Numbered from the stretch's first letter, positions 1 to 12,610 are shown. The stretch is DNA of 64,000 nt from Eledone cirrhosa (GCA_964016885.1 OZ024740.1:404612001-404676000), one strand, 5' to 3'. Numbers and translations: made by a program. Notes: generated by a model from the sequence alone, not told the origin.

Positions 1-2233
1 CTCTCAAAACCACTACATTACATCTAGTTTCATCATCATCATCACACTCTCAAAACTACTCCATTACATCTAGTTTCATCATCATCATCACACTCTCAAA
101 ACCACTACATTACATCTAGTTTCATCATCATCATCACTCTCTGAAAACTACTACATTACATCTAGTTTCATCATCATCATCACACTATCAAAACTACTAC
201 ATTACATCTAGTTTCATCATCATCATCACTCTCTGAAAACTACTACATTACATCTAGTTTCATCATCATCATCACTCTCTGAAAACTACTACATTACATC
301 TAGTTTCATCATCATCATCACACTCTCAAAACCACTACATTACATCTAGTTTCATCATCATCATCACTCTCTGAAAACTACTACATTACATCTAGTTTCA
401 TCATCATCATCACACTCTCAAAACCACTACATTACATCTAGTTTCATCATCATCATCACTCTCTGAAAACTACTACATTACATCTAGTTTCATCATCATC
501 ATCACACTCTCAAAACCACTACATTACATCTAGTTTCATCATCATCATCACACTCTGAAAACTACTACATTACATCTAGTTTCATCATCATCATCACACT
601 CTCAAAACTACTACATTACATCTAGTTTCATCATCATCATCACACTCTCAAAACCACTACATTACATCTAGTTTCATCATCATCATCACACTCTCAAAAC
701 CACTACATTACATCTAGTTTCATCATCATCATCACACTCTCAAAACCACTACATTACATCTAGTTTCATCATCATCATCACACTCTGAAAACTACTACAT
801 TACATCTAGTTTCATCATCATCATCACACTCTCAAAACTACTACATTACATCTAGTTTCATCATCATCATCACACTCTCAAAACCACTACATTACATCTA
901 GTTTCATCATCATCATCACACTCTGAAAACTACTACATTACATCTAGTTTCATCATCATCATCACACTCTCAAAACCACTACATTACATCTAGTTTCATC
1001 ATCATCATCACACTCTCAAAACTACTACATTACATCTAGTTTCATCATCATCATCATCACACTATCAAAACTACTACATTACATCTAGTTTCATCATCAT
1101 CATCACACTCTCAAAACTACTCCATTACATCTAGTTTCATCATCATCATCACACTCTCAAAACCACTACATTACATCTAGTTTCATCATCATCATCACTC
1201 TCTGAAAACTACTACATTACATCTAGTTTCATCATCATCATCACACTCTCAAAACCACTACATTACATCTAGTTTCATCATCATCATCACACTCTCAAAA
1301 CTACTACATTACATCTAGTTTCATCATCATCATCACACTCTCAAAACCACTACATTACATCTAGTTTCATCATCATCATCACACTCTCAAAACCACTACA
1401 TTACATCTAGTTTCATCATCATCATCACACTCTGAAAACTACTACATTACATCTAGTTTCATCATCATCATCACACTCTCAAAACCACTACATTACATCT
1501 AGTTTCATCATCATCATCACACTCTCAAAACTACTACATTACATCTAGTTTCATCATCATCATCACACTCTCAAAACCACTACATTACATCTAGTTTCAT
1601 CATCATCATCACACTCTCAAAACCACTACATTACATCTAGTTTCATCATCATCATCACACTCTGAAAACTACTACATTACATCTAGTTTCATCATCATCA
1701 TCACACTCTCAAAACCACTACATTACATCTAGTTTCATCATCATCATCACACTCTCAAACTACTACATTACATCTAGTTTCATCATCATCATCACACTCT
1801 GAAAACTACTACATTACATCTAGTTTCATCATCATCATCACACTCTCAAAACTACTACATTACATCTAGTTTCATCATCATCATCACACTCTCAAAACTA
1901 CTACATTACATCTAGTTTCATCATCATCATCACACTCTCAAAACTACTACATTACATCTAGTTTCATCATCATCATCACACTCTCAAAACTACTACATTA
2001 CATCTAGTTTCATCATCATCATCACACTCTCAAAACTACTACATTACATCTAGTTTCATCATCATCATCACACTCTCAAAACTACTACATTACATCTAGT
2101 TTCATCATCATCATCACACTCTCAAAACTACTACATTACATCTAGTTTCATCATCATCATCACACTCTCAAAACTACTCCATTACATCTAGTTTCATCAT
2201 CATCATCACACTCTCAAAACTACTACATTGCAT
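1..2233. repeat. 46-bp minisatellite, about 48 copies, truncated by the window edge
   Basis: Unit CATCTAGTTTCATCATCATCATCACACTCTCAAAA(C/T variant)CTACTACATTA repeated head-to-tail with few variants and no unique spacers. Confidence 0.97.
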
Positions 2234-2658
2234 CATAAAAATTCCCATTCATTTTTTTTTAATGATTAAATATGCAATCATATTTTTGGAGCCTGGTATG
2301 GGTGGCACCGCTACAAGGAGGAACAGGCTAGTTGGCCGTGCCCTTCGTACTCTTCGGGTACCCCATGGCACCGCTATGAGGAGGGACTGGCAAGTTGGCC
2401 ACGGCAAACCCACCTTATGGGAGAACTATAGTTTTAGAGCCTGGTACTGGGTGACACCATTACAAAGAGGAACGGGCCAGTTAGCCACACCGAATCCCCC
2501 TCACAACGTAACCACAGTCATGATATTCCTCCTCCATACACACTATTCACTTTCTTGACATTTGTACATTATTCTATGTACTATACATCCACCCATGACA
2601 AGTTGTAGTGCACCTGAGCACTGTACACAATAATTTCGTTATTATTATTATTATATAT

Positions 2659-2987
2659 CAAATCCCTCCGAGCTTAACTTTGCCTTTCATCCTTACGGGG
2701 TCGATTAAATAAAGTACCAGTAATACACTGGGGTAATTGCTGGCCTTGTGCCAAAAGTAGAAACAATTATTATTATTATATATCATCATGAGGCCGGTGG
2801 ATTGGCAAGATTGGTAGAGGGTCGGACACCATGCTTTACAGCATAGAGTTACGGTCCTTTACAGTCTGAGTTCAAATCCCGCCGAGTTTAACTTTGCCTT
2901 TCATCCTTACGGGGGTCGATAAAATAAAGTACCAGTAATGTACTGGCTAATTGCTGGCCTTGTGCCTAAAGTAGAAACAATTATTAT
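2659..2987 (+). mobile_element. tRNA-derived SINE family 1: a 5'-truncated copy (2659-2778) followed by a full copy (2792-2987)
   Basis: A box TGGCAAGATTGG (2803), B box GAGTTCAAATCC (2868), core CTTTGCCTTTCATCCTTACGGGGTCGATAAAATAAAGTACCAG and (ATT)n tail; the core recurs many times in the window. Confidence 0.85.
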
Positions 2988-3064
2988 ATATCATCATCAT
3001 CATTTTACATCCGCTTTTCCCTGCTTGCAAGGGTGGGACATATATATATATATAGATATATATA

Positions 3065-5777
3065 TCATCATCATCAACGTTTAACGTCCATGTTCCACGC
3101 TTGCATGGGTTTGGACGGGGGTATTCCCACTTGAGGCAAGAGTGATTGTCTTGCTCGCATAGGACTGTCTGGCAGGTTTTCTACAGTTGGATGCCCTTCC
3201 TAACACCAACCACATTTACAGTGTGGGTCTGGGAGGTTTTTACCGTGTTGCCTACACGGCCACATTACAGCGTGGACTGTGTGTTTTTTTGTCGTGACAC
3301 CTACACGATCTCATTTGTTTCGGCCTGGATGGCGTGGCACCGACATAACTTTACATAGAAGGGGGTGGTGTGGATGGGGTGGGGGTGGTGGGACGGGTGT
3401 ATTTTGTTAGAGATGCCTACTGGCTGTAGTAGGTTTTACTATGTATTTAGGTAAGGCAGGTCTTCTCTGTTACTGAGTACCGCTAAAGGTCTCGGTCCAG
3501 TGACATTGTCTTGGAGAGGTGTAAGTGTATAAGGTCGGAATTTATCAGCTCGTCCCAGGTTTTTCTAGGTCTGCCTATTCCGTGGCTACCGTCTATCTTT
3601 ATTGCCCTGCACTTTGTTATACAGCTATCGACTTTCATGCGCATCACGTGTCCATACCAACGTAGCCTTCTCTCGAGTAAACGACATCTGATCCCTCTTA
3701 TTTCTAATTTTTTCCTTAGTTCGTTTATGCTTTGCCGTTCACGTATATTAGTTACACATCCAGCGGAGCATGCAAGCTTCGTTCCTCTCTAGTCTGCGTA
3801 TATCCTCTGCACACAATGCCCAGGTCTCACTGCCATGCAACATTGCTGTTCGTATGCAGGCATCATACAACCTGCCTTTCATTTTTAGGGAGAACCCTTT
3901 AGCAGCTAATAGTGGTATAAACTCTCTGAACTTTTTCCATCCAGTTCTGACTCTAGCTACTGTACTTTCTGAGCACCCTCCCCCACTGCTGATTTTGTCA
4001 CCCAGGTAACGGAAGCTGTCCACTATTTCTTTAGAGCCCTCTGCGCAATTGTAAGAGCTAGTATTTTGTGGGCACTTGCTGCTACTTATTGCACCAGAGC
4101 ACCGGCCACATGTAAAATCTATGTTCTTAGTTAGCTTACCTGTGATCCCACTACATCTTTTATGCACCCATACTTTGCATTTGGGACATAAAATGGAGTT
4201 TCTACCTACGCCTTTCCTACACACTGAGCATGGCCATTTCCCAGAAGGGACCGCCGCCTTATTTTCTTTCCTACAAACTAGAACTTTAGTCTTAGCCAGG
4301 TTAATTTTAAGTCCTTTTGATTCTAGGCCGTGCTTCCATGTTTGGAATTTCTTCTCTAGCTCGGCCATTGATTCAGCTATGAGTGTCAGGTCGTCTGCGT
4401 ATAGGAGTTCCCATGGGCAGCCGGTCTTGAACTCCTCTGTTATAGCCTGAAGGGCAATAATAAATAGTAGGGGGCTGAGAACAGAGCCCTGATGGACACC
4501 AACTTTTACGCTAAACTCTTCACTATGTTCGTTGTTAATTCTAACCTTGCTGACTGTTTCTTTATACAAGGCTTGTATCGCTCTCACAAGCCATTCGTCA
4601 ACACCTAGTTTTCTAAGAGCCCACCAGATAATGGAGCGGGGGACTCTGTCAAAGGCTTTCTCCAAGTCGACAAAAGCTAAGTAGAGGGGTTTACCTTTAG
4701 CTAGGTACTTCTCCTGTAGTTGTCGTACAATGAAAAGAGCGTCTGTGGTACTTTTGCCTGACACAAACCGAACTGCATTTCATCTAGGTCAATTCTCTCT
4801 CTGATTAGTTGCGCTATTACTTTTTCCGTGACCTTCATGACCTGGTCGATTAATTTAATGCCTCTATAGTTACTCCTATCTAGGGCATCTCCTTTACCCT
4901 TATAACAGTTAACGATGATGCTGCTATGCCAGTCCTTCGGAACAACCCCATTCTGTACGACTTGGTTAACTATGCGGGTGACCATGGTGTGTCCCACCGT
5001 GTCAGATGCCTTCAGCATCTCAACGACTATTTCCGAAGGCCCAGCCACCTTACCCATCTTCATATCCTTGATTGCCTTACTTATTATACTCCCCTCGACT
5101 AACACTGCTGGTCCCTCTATTGGGTCGATGTGGGGGAGACTGTCTTTCTCACATTTATTCTCCTCATTTAGTAGTCTTTCATAGTGACACTTCCAAGCTA
5201 CCTTCTTATCAGCGTCGGTGATGGCAAGTACGCCGTCATCATTAAGTACACACTTCTCCCCGACAATATCACGGTTTTCCTTGACACATTGCCTAGCAAT
5301 CCTGAACACCTCACGTTTTTGGTCCTCGCGTTGTAGAACATGCTTTCCTCTGCTTCCCTTCTTGCGAAGTACACTTGTCTCCTAGCTTCCCTCCTGGCCA
5401 CTTGATAGTCTTCTCTACTTCCCCCATCCCGCCATACTTTCCAAGCCTGCTTTTTGGCCTTAATTGACCCCTACACCTTACTGTTCCACCACCATGTTAC
5501 TCTCCTCCTGCCTACTGGCCTGCTCCAGCCACAGACTTCGTCTGTCACCATCAGCAGGTTTGCTTTCAGAAATTCCCACTGTCCCTCTATATTGTCCGAC
5601 TCTAAATGCTCTTCCTTACTGTCGAAAGCATCAAGTAATATGCTTTGAAATTTATTTCTGGCTGTGGGGTCCTTTAGCTTCCATATTTTTCTCCTGAGGA
5701 TAGTCCTCTTCTGCTGTCGAGTACGTCTCGTCCTGACTATGAGGTCGCTAATTATCAGTCTATGTTGGGAGGTGCAT
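3065..5777 (-). mobile_element. RTE-type LINE subfamily A, 5'-truncated, frameshifted (linker, RT with PHD insert, 3'UTR, (GAT)n tail)
   Basis: ORFs 4701-5309 and 3748-4764 contain NYRGIKL, FVDLEKAFDRV, GVHQGSVLSP, LLYADD, FRYLG and GSETW; the element ends GTTAAACGTTGATGATGAT. Confidence 0.95.
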
Positions 5778-6519
5778 ATATATATATATATATATAAACA
5801 AATACATACATACATAAACAAATACATACATACATAAACAAATACATACATACATAAACAAATACATACATATATATATGTATGCGGTCGTTTTATATTC
5901 TTGATAATTCTAATTTATTTCAATATTGCTAGGGACTTGGCTCCTTGAAACACATACACACAAACACAAAAGTGTAGCCAATCTAAGAACGCTAGTTAAA
6001 AATAACCATTACATACACACACATCTACACAAACATACACAGACTCAGAGAAAATAATTATTATATGCACACATATATGTGTGTGTGAGCATATGTATAC
6101 ATTTATGTGTATGAGTAACACAGGTTAATGAAGCAGATGAGTTACCTGTCTTTGCGTGACGTGCAAAAACACAAGAGCATTATAGCATTATATATTAGTA
6201 TATATATATATATATATATATACTTGCACCAAATATAAATAAACCTGTTACGAGGTACGAATCTCAGAATTTGTCAACTCTTATTAATGGTCAGTCCACT
6301 TCTACGAAATGTAATGTAAAAATACCATTTTCTTCTTGTCTCCCCACCCTTCGGTTCATTCATCCATATATCTGTATAATCGCCCAGAATCCAATCCTAC
6401 TTTCTCAATGCTATTCTATAATTCTGTCTGGCTGTTCTAAATAATCTTGTGTATTTTAAAATCCCAGTATATCGCTTGTTACTGTTTATTGCTTTATTTA
6501 AAACCTTCTCCTCGCTAAC

Positions 6520-7092
6520 TACCCCATATCCCTCCCGCCCGTCCCCACTCTCCACCATTATTATTTGGACCAATCATAAGTCAGCGGCCTATGCTATCAC
6601 TTCTCCTGTTTGCTTTTCGATATGATGGATGGACTAAGGAATTTCTGGAGAGTCTGAAGAATCTGGACACTCGGAGACAATGCCAAAGAAAACGACAAAT
6701 TCACCTCATGCTGCCGGACAAAAGGGCAAGGACTCCTCCTTTTTGTTTCGGCCGCGGATGGCCAACATAACCCCAACCCCATCCCCCGCGCCCCACCCAC
6801 CAAACGCAATCCAAAACTTCGGAGTTGGTACCATGAATGTAGGCACCACGAGGTTGTAGAAATGCTTGAACATAAGGAGGTTGATGTTTGCTGTATCCAA
6901 GAGACCAGGTGGAGGGGCAGGTCTGCTAGATTCATTGTGGGTAAAAAACGATGCTATAAGCTTTTCTGGGTGGGAAATGACAATGGGCTGGGTTGGGTAG
7001 GAATCATGTTAGCAGAAAAATGGGTGGATAAGATAATAGACGTAAATAGAGTGAATGACAGAATAATTGTGTGTCATATATATGTGTGTGTC

Positions 7093-7123
<31 letters not shown>

Positions 7124-8687
7124 TAAGACTTGTTCTAAATAGAACTACTGTGACAGTAATATCTGTGTACACACCCCAATCCGGACTGCCTGGCGCTATA
7201 AAAGACAGATTCTATGAGACACTGATGCTCACTACCTCCCAAATAACCGACAGTGACTATATAATTATTGCTGGCGACCTAAATGGTCACGTTGGACAAC
7301 ATTGTGACGGCTATGACGGAATCCATGGAGGCTATGGGTTTGGTACTAGAAATGAGGAAGGCTCCAGAATCCTGGAATTCTGTGACGCAAATAACCTAAC
7401 TATCTGTAACACTAACTTCAAAAAAATGAGACAATCACTTGATCACCTACAGATCAGGGGAACATACCAGCCAGGTAGATTATATCCTTACCAGAAGACG
7501 TGATAGATTGTCTGTTGTAAACACTAAATCCCTCCCCCATGAAGAATGCACCTCCCAACATAGACTGATAATTAGCGACCTAATAGTCAGGACGAGACGT
7601 ACTAGACAACAGAAGAGGACTATCCTCAGGAGAAAAATATGGAAGCTAAAGGACCCCACAGCCAGTAATAAATTTAAAAGCATATTACTTGATGCTTTCG
7701 ACAGTAAGGAAGAGCAATTAGAGTCGTACAATATAGAGGAACAGTGGGAATTCCTGAAAGCAAACCTCCTGATGGCGGCAGATGAAGTCTGTGGCTGGAG
7801 CAGGCCTATAGGCAGGAGGAGAGTAACGTGGTGGTGGAACAGTAAGGTGGAGGAGTCAATTAAGGCCAAAAAGCAGGTTTGGAAAGTATGGCGGGATGGG
7901 GGAAGTAGAGAAGACTATCAAGTGGCCAGGAGGGAAGCTAGGAGACAAGTGTACTTCGCAAGAAGGGAAGCAGAGGAAAGAAAGTTCAAGCATGTTCTAC
8001 AACGCAAGGACCAAAAACGTGAGGTGTTCAGGATTGCTAGGCAATGTGTCAAGGAAATGTCACTGGACCGAGATCTTTGGCGCTACACAGTAATACAGAA
8101 GACCCGCCTTACCTAAGAAAGACGACAGCTGTATAAAAAAGTGCAGGGCAATAAAAATAGACAGTAGCCACGGAGTAGGCAGACCTAGAAAAACCTGGGA
8201 CGACTTGATAAATTCCGACCTCACACACTTACACCTCTCCAAGACAATGTCACTGGACCGAGATCTTTGGCGCTACACAGTAATAGAGAAGACCCGCCTT
8301 ACCTAAATAGAAGGTAAAACCTACTACAGTCAGTAGGCACCTCTAACAAAAATACACCCCCGTCCCACTACCCCCACCCCATCCACACCACCTCTTTCAA
8401 TGTAAAGTTATGTTGGTACCACAACATCCAGTCCGAAACAAATGCGGTTGTGTAGGTGTCACGACAAAAAAACACACAGTCCACGCTGTAATGTGGCCGT
8501 GTAGGTTTCACGGTAAAAACCTCCCAGTCCACACGGTAAACGTGGTTGGTGTTAGGAAGGGCATCCAGCCGTAGAAAACCCGCCAGACAGTCCTATGCGA
8601 GCAAGACAACCACTCTTGCCTCAAGTGGGAAAACTCCCGTCCAAACCCATGCAAGCGTGGAAGATGGACGTTAAACGATGATGATGA
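6520..8687 (+). mobile_element. RTE-type LINE subfamily A with 5' region and AP endonuclease, RT deleted, rearranged 3' end
   Basis: APE motifs CIQETRW, AGDLNGHVG, QVDYIL, SQHRL; at about 8057 the sequence jumps to the ORF terminus; same 3'UTR and tail as the other copies; 5' boundary uncertain. Confidence 0.9.
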
Positions 8688-8899
8688 TATATATATATAT
8701 TTGTCTGTGTGTAAAGTGGTCGTGTTGGTGTCATGACAAATAGCAGCCAGTCCACATTGAAAAGTGCTTGTTTTGATGCCACAATAAAAAACCACCCACT
8801 CCACACTGTAAATGTAGAATGCTAGCATGGAGAAATGGGCATTAAACGGTGATGATAATGATATGTAAATAAGATTTTGCTTGAATAATGTAGCATTAC

Positions 8900-9022
8900 C
8901 TTATCATATTTGGAACCCGTAAACAATCGTACAGTAGGATATGCTGAAATTCCATATTGCCGGCATGCATCAAATTCTTCTTCACAATCAATTTTACCAG
9001 CATGAATAATACCTTCCAACTT
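8900..9022 (-). CDS. DNAJC10: DNAJC10/ERdj5 coding exon 18 (second half of Trx4)
   Basis: KLEGIIHAGKIDCEEEFDACRQYGISAYPTVRLFTGSKYDK; AG acceptor and GTAATG donor; phase 0/0. Confidence 0.9.
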
Positions 9023-9340
9023 CTGTAATAATTAACAAAATAAATTAACATTTATGCATTGAATAAATTATTCCTTTCTATTATTATTTTCAATTCATTC
9101 AAGTACAATACAAATTCTCCTTGCAATTCTTGAAACTCATCTTGATTTTATGCTATGAAACTGCCAATTTTAAGATGTTCATACTTACATAAAAACATTC
9201 CGTCATGATTTTATTTTAAAAATATTTGTTAAGTAATGTTCCAACCATCAGCACTTATCATGGTGCCAACACTAGAGAAATATTTGTGCTATTTAACGTG
9301 TAAGTGAAATGTTTAAAAAGGTATATATAGCATTACTTAC

Positions 9341-9542
9341 AACGGCAACTTGTTCAAACTGAGGTTTAAATATCTGGCAATGTCCACACCAAGAAGCATA
9401 AAAATCTACAAGCCAGGGTAACTTAGAATTAGCAATTTTGGAGTGGATGCTACTTGAACGAAGTGTAACAACTTTACTGGGAAGATATTCATAGACCCAT
9501 ACATGTAATGACTGCACATCTCGATTCCAGCCATTGTATGAT
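9341..9542 (-). CDS. DNAJC10: DNAJC10 coding exon 17 (Trx4 active site WCGHC)
   Basis: SYNGWNRDVQSLHVWVYEYLPSKVV...PWLVDFYASWCGHCQIFKPQFEQVAV; GTAAGT donor; phase 2/0. Confidence 0.93.
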
Positions 9543-11199
9543 CTGGATAAATAAAAATCATTAAAAAAATCCTTGAAATAGGGAAATATAGATAAATTAA
9601 TTCCATTCTTTAATTAAAATTCAAAGTTTCATAATTTCATAATTTTCTATTTCATAAACCAGAAACAATCTTTCCTTTTGACCCGTGGTTCCCAAACTTA
9701 TTTTGACACAGGATTCTAGTTTCCCAAAATCACAGAACCCGTACCTATATTTTATGGATAATCCCAACAAACCAAATTTTAATAATACATTAAATAAAAC
9801 AAAAATTGTTTTAGAGAAAAAATTTATTCATAGATTAAAAAAATGATAAATTACTTTTAAACTTTGTTAAAAAACACCACGGAACCTGCTTTAGGAAACA
9901 CTGCTCAAGAATGTAAGTTGTATTAGAGAAATCATCATTATCATTTTTACAGCCATTATTCCAATGCTAGCATGGGTTGGACAGGATGGTTTACGGCAAT
10001 GTTTTACAACCAGATCCCTTTCCTGAAGCGAACCCTTTTAGTTGCCTCTTATGATACAGCGTACCTATTCTAAAAACCAGAATTGACACAACACTGATGT
10101 CTGAATAAGGTATAGTACTAACTGTTTATGGATTAGGATGGTAGATTTGATCTATAGCCTAGTTTAACACCACCATTTGGCCCTCGGGTGTTTTTAGCAG
10201 AAACCACACTGCTGCAAGTATTCAGACCATGTTACTCTGGTCTAAAGATGACTTGATATCTTGATGCATTACTGCTTACTGCAGCAACCTATAAGTTGTA
10301 GTTCATTTCTCTCTTCCCTCTACCTGTGTCAGAATCTCATCACTGTTGCCCTTCTAAAAAATTAACTGTGGCTTCAAACCTGTTGCAGATACTTAGCTAT
10401 GTTTCTGGGAAATCATTTTCAATAGCTGTAAAAGAGAATTATCTCGCTACTAGCAACATGTAACCCAGTACAACCTAGCCCATAGTTGGGTCATCAGCAA
10501 CTAAACTGGCAACCCCACCAAACTTGCTTGGTTAAAAAGGTGATTTTTGGACACTCTGGGGGATGAAAAGCAAAACCTGTCAAAGGGCAAAAGAACTCAA
10601 GGGAGTCAACAGTCATTCAATAGTATGTAAAAAAATAAAACCCTCAAAAAACAGGCAGACAGAACTCAGCCTTGGTTGGCAGTCTGTCAAGGAGAAGGAT
10701 TGCTCTAATTTCAAAACCAGGGTGTGTGGGATTCCTTAGTCACCTCAGTGCAAGCAAAAAATGTATTACCAAACATAATTTTTTTAATTCTTTTCATGAA
10801 ATAACTTTTAATGTACGATAAATTCATAATATTAATTTTTGATGTACGACAAATAGTTCAAATCACAACGGTGAAATTATGTGTGTATGTAGTCGGTGAA
10901 AGGTTGTCATGTTCCCAGTCCATCTGCACTGCTTTTCTGACATGCAAATCCCCAGACAAATGCCACTTCATGATCCCAGAGAAAGTGTTACCCCCAGAGG
11001 ATAGCGACAAAGATGACCTGAAGAGTAGAATTTTTAAAAAAACCATGACCACAGGCAAGACTATCATTTAGAAGTTTGCCTTGCAACCATGTGGTTTCAA
11101 GTACAACCTCACTACACAGTACTTTCTGGTATTTGTTCAATGACTTTATGCTGTTTTTTTTTATATAAATAAAAAGAATAAAGAAAAATGAAATCTTAC

Positions 11200-11333
11200 T
11201 CATATGATGGTGATTTAGATAATGGATATAAGCGCATTGTGGGATAAGAATGTACTCCTTCTTGTTGACATAAAGACCTATGTTTTTTGCAATCAACATC
11301 AGCAATATGTATATTTTTATTAGATTTGAACAT
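11200..11333 (-). CDS. DNAJC10: DNAJC10 coding exon 16
   Basis: MFKSNKNIHIADVDCKKHRSLCQQEGVHSYPTMRLYPLSKSPSY; polypyrimidine-CAG acceptor and GTAAGA donor; phase 0/2. Confidence 0.9.
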
Positions 11334-11834
11334 CTGAAAAGAAAAAAAATGAGTAAATAAAACAGATTATGTTTCAATTTCAATGAAATATGTAAAATTA
11401 CAAGGGAAGGAGTCAATCATCAGATCAAACCAAGGAAACTATGTTTCGATTGGTTTTTCCATTGATGATGTTATCTGCTCGTGGAAACTTCTGGCAGAAG
11501 CATCATTGCATTTCTGGTATCAGGGTCAGCATTTGAACTCAGAATGTACAAAGTCAGAAAGCAATTCTTTTACAATTCTAACAATTCACTAGCCATAGAT
11601 TGGTACTTCATTTATTAACTCCCCAAAAATGAGGTGCAAAGTTGACCTCAGCAGGATTTGAACTCAGAGCACAGAAAGCTAGCATAAACATTTAATCTGA
11701 TGCTCTAATGACTTAATGAAATGCAGAACTGTAGCTAATACTACACTTCTTTAAAAAATTAATTGAAAAACATAGGCAGTGATTTCATTAGAAATATAGT
11801 AATGAACAGGTTAATAAAAGGTGTATTGTGTTAC

Positions 11835-11990
11835 CTTAGAGAGTTTACGCCATTCAGGAGCCAACTGTTGACAAGGGCCACACCATGGAGCAAAGAAATC
11901 CACAACCCAGATTTCATTTGGACCACGATTTTTAACATTGGAATGGAAGTTGTCAGGAGTCAGCTGCACTACAGATGGATGAAGTGTATC
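11835..11990 (-). CDS. DNAJC10: DNAJC10 coding exon 15 (Trx3 active site WCGPC)
   Basis: DTLHPSVVQLTPDNFHSNVKNRGPNEIWVVDFFAPWCGPCQQLAPEWRKLSK; AG/GT; phase 0/0. Confidence 0.93.
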
Positions 11991-12508
11991 CTATTAAAAT
12001 GAAATAGTAAAATACAATATTTTCACACAATGTATTTATGGGAAAAGCAATGAACAAAATTTACCTCCCAAGAGCTATCTCTAATGTAATTTCAAATTGA
12101 TTGTCTGTTAATATTATGCGTCCATCATTTTAAATCTGTTTTCAATTTTGGCATGAGTCAGACAGATTATTATAGTCAAGTCAGTTCCAATTTAGAGTTA
12201 CTACTCTCCTAGACAGGTCAAAGGACCAGCATTACATTCTTAATTTCTAATATATATATATTATCTTCATTTAATGTCTGATTTTTTTTTCCATGCTGGT
12301 ATGGGTTAGACTGGTTGTCACAGACTAAGTCAGTACTTAAATGGAGTTACTGTCATCCCAGATGGGCTGAAGGCCCACATTTTATTTATGTTCTGGTTTT
12401 GGCGTGGTTGATCCACAGCTATGCACTGACACTGAATCATGAACTTCTTAACCACACAGCCATGAAAATTACAAAATCAACTAAAGCCATAAAGTAGAAT
12501 ATACTCAC

Positions 12509-12610
12509 TTCAATAAAATCAATGATATCTTGTGCACGGTGCTGGCCATGGTAAGGATGTGGTGTACTTCTATTGTAAAAAATAGTGGTTGGATAAGATC
12601 TAATATTGTA
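12509..12610 (-). CDS. DNAJC10: DNAJC10 coding exon 14
   Basis: YNIRSYPTTIFYNRSTPHPYHGQHRAQDIIDFIE; CAG acceptor and GTGAGT donor. Confidence 0.92.

Noticed and set aside
1-2233. CRISPR array or telomeric repeat
   Set aside because: Units are contiguous with no unique spacers, there are no cas genes, the context is a eukaryotic intron, and it is not a short telomere motif
3146-5697. Recurrent ORFs antisense to the LINE (e.g. MERCKCIRSEF, MPFLTPTTFTV), also seen in other copies
   Set aside because: Shadow frames of repeat copies; they recur because the element recurs and show no domain signal
6520-6860. HDV-like self-cleaving ribozyme at the LINE 5' end, as known for some RTE elements
   Set aside because: I could not identify the nested double pseudoknot by eye; a covariance-model or descriptor search is needed
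2234-8899. Terminal DNAJC10 exon with KDEL/HDEL
   Set aside because: No minus-strand xDEL-stop exon was found by eye; it probably lies beyond the left edge. Read-through of exon 18 gives a repeat-derived, non-homologous tail
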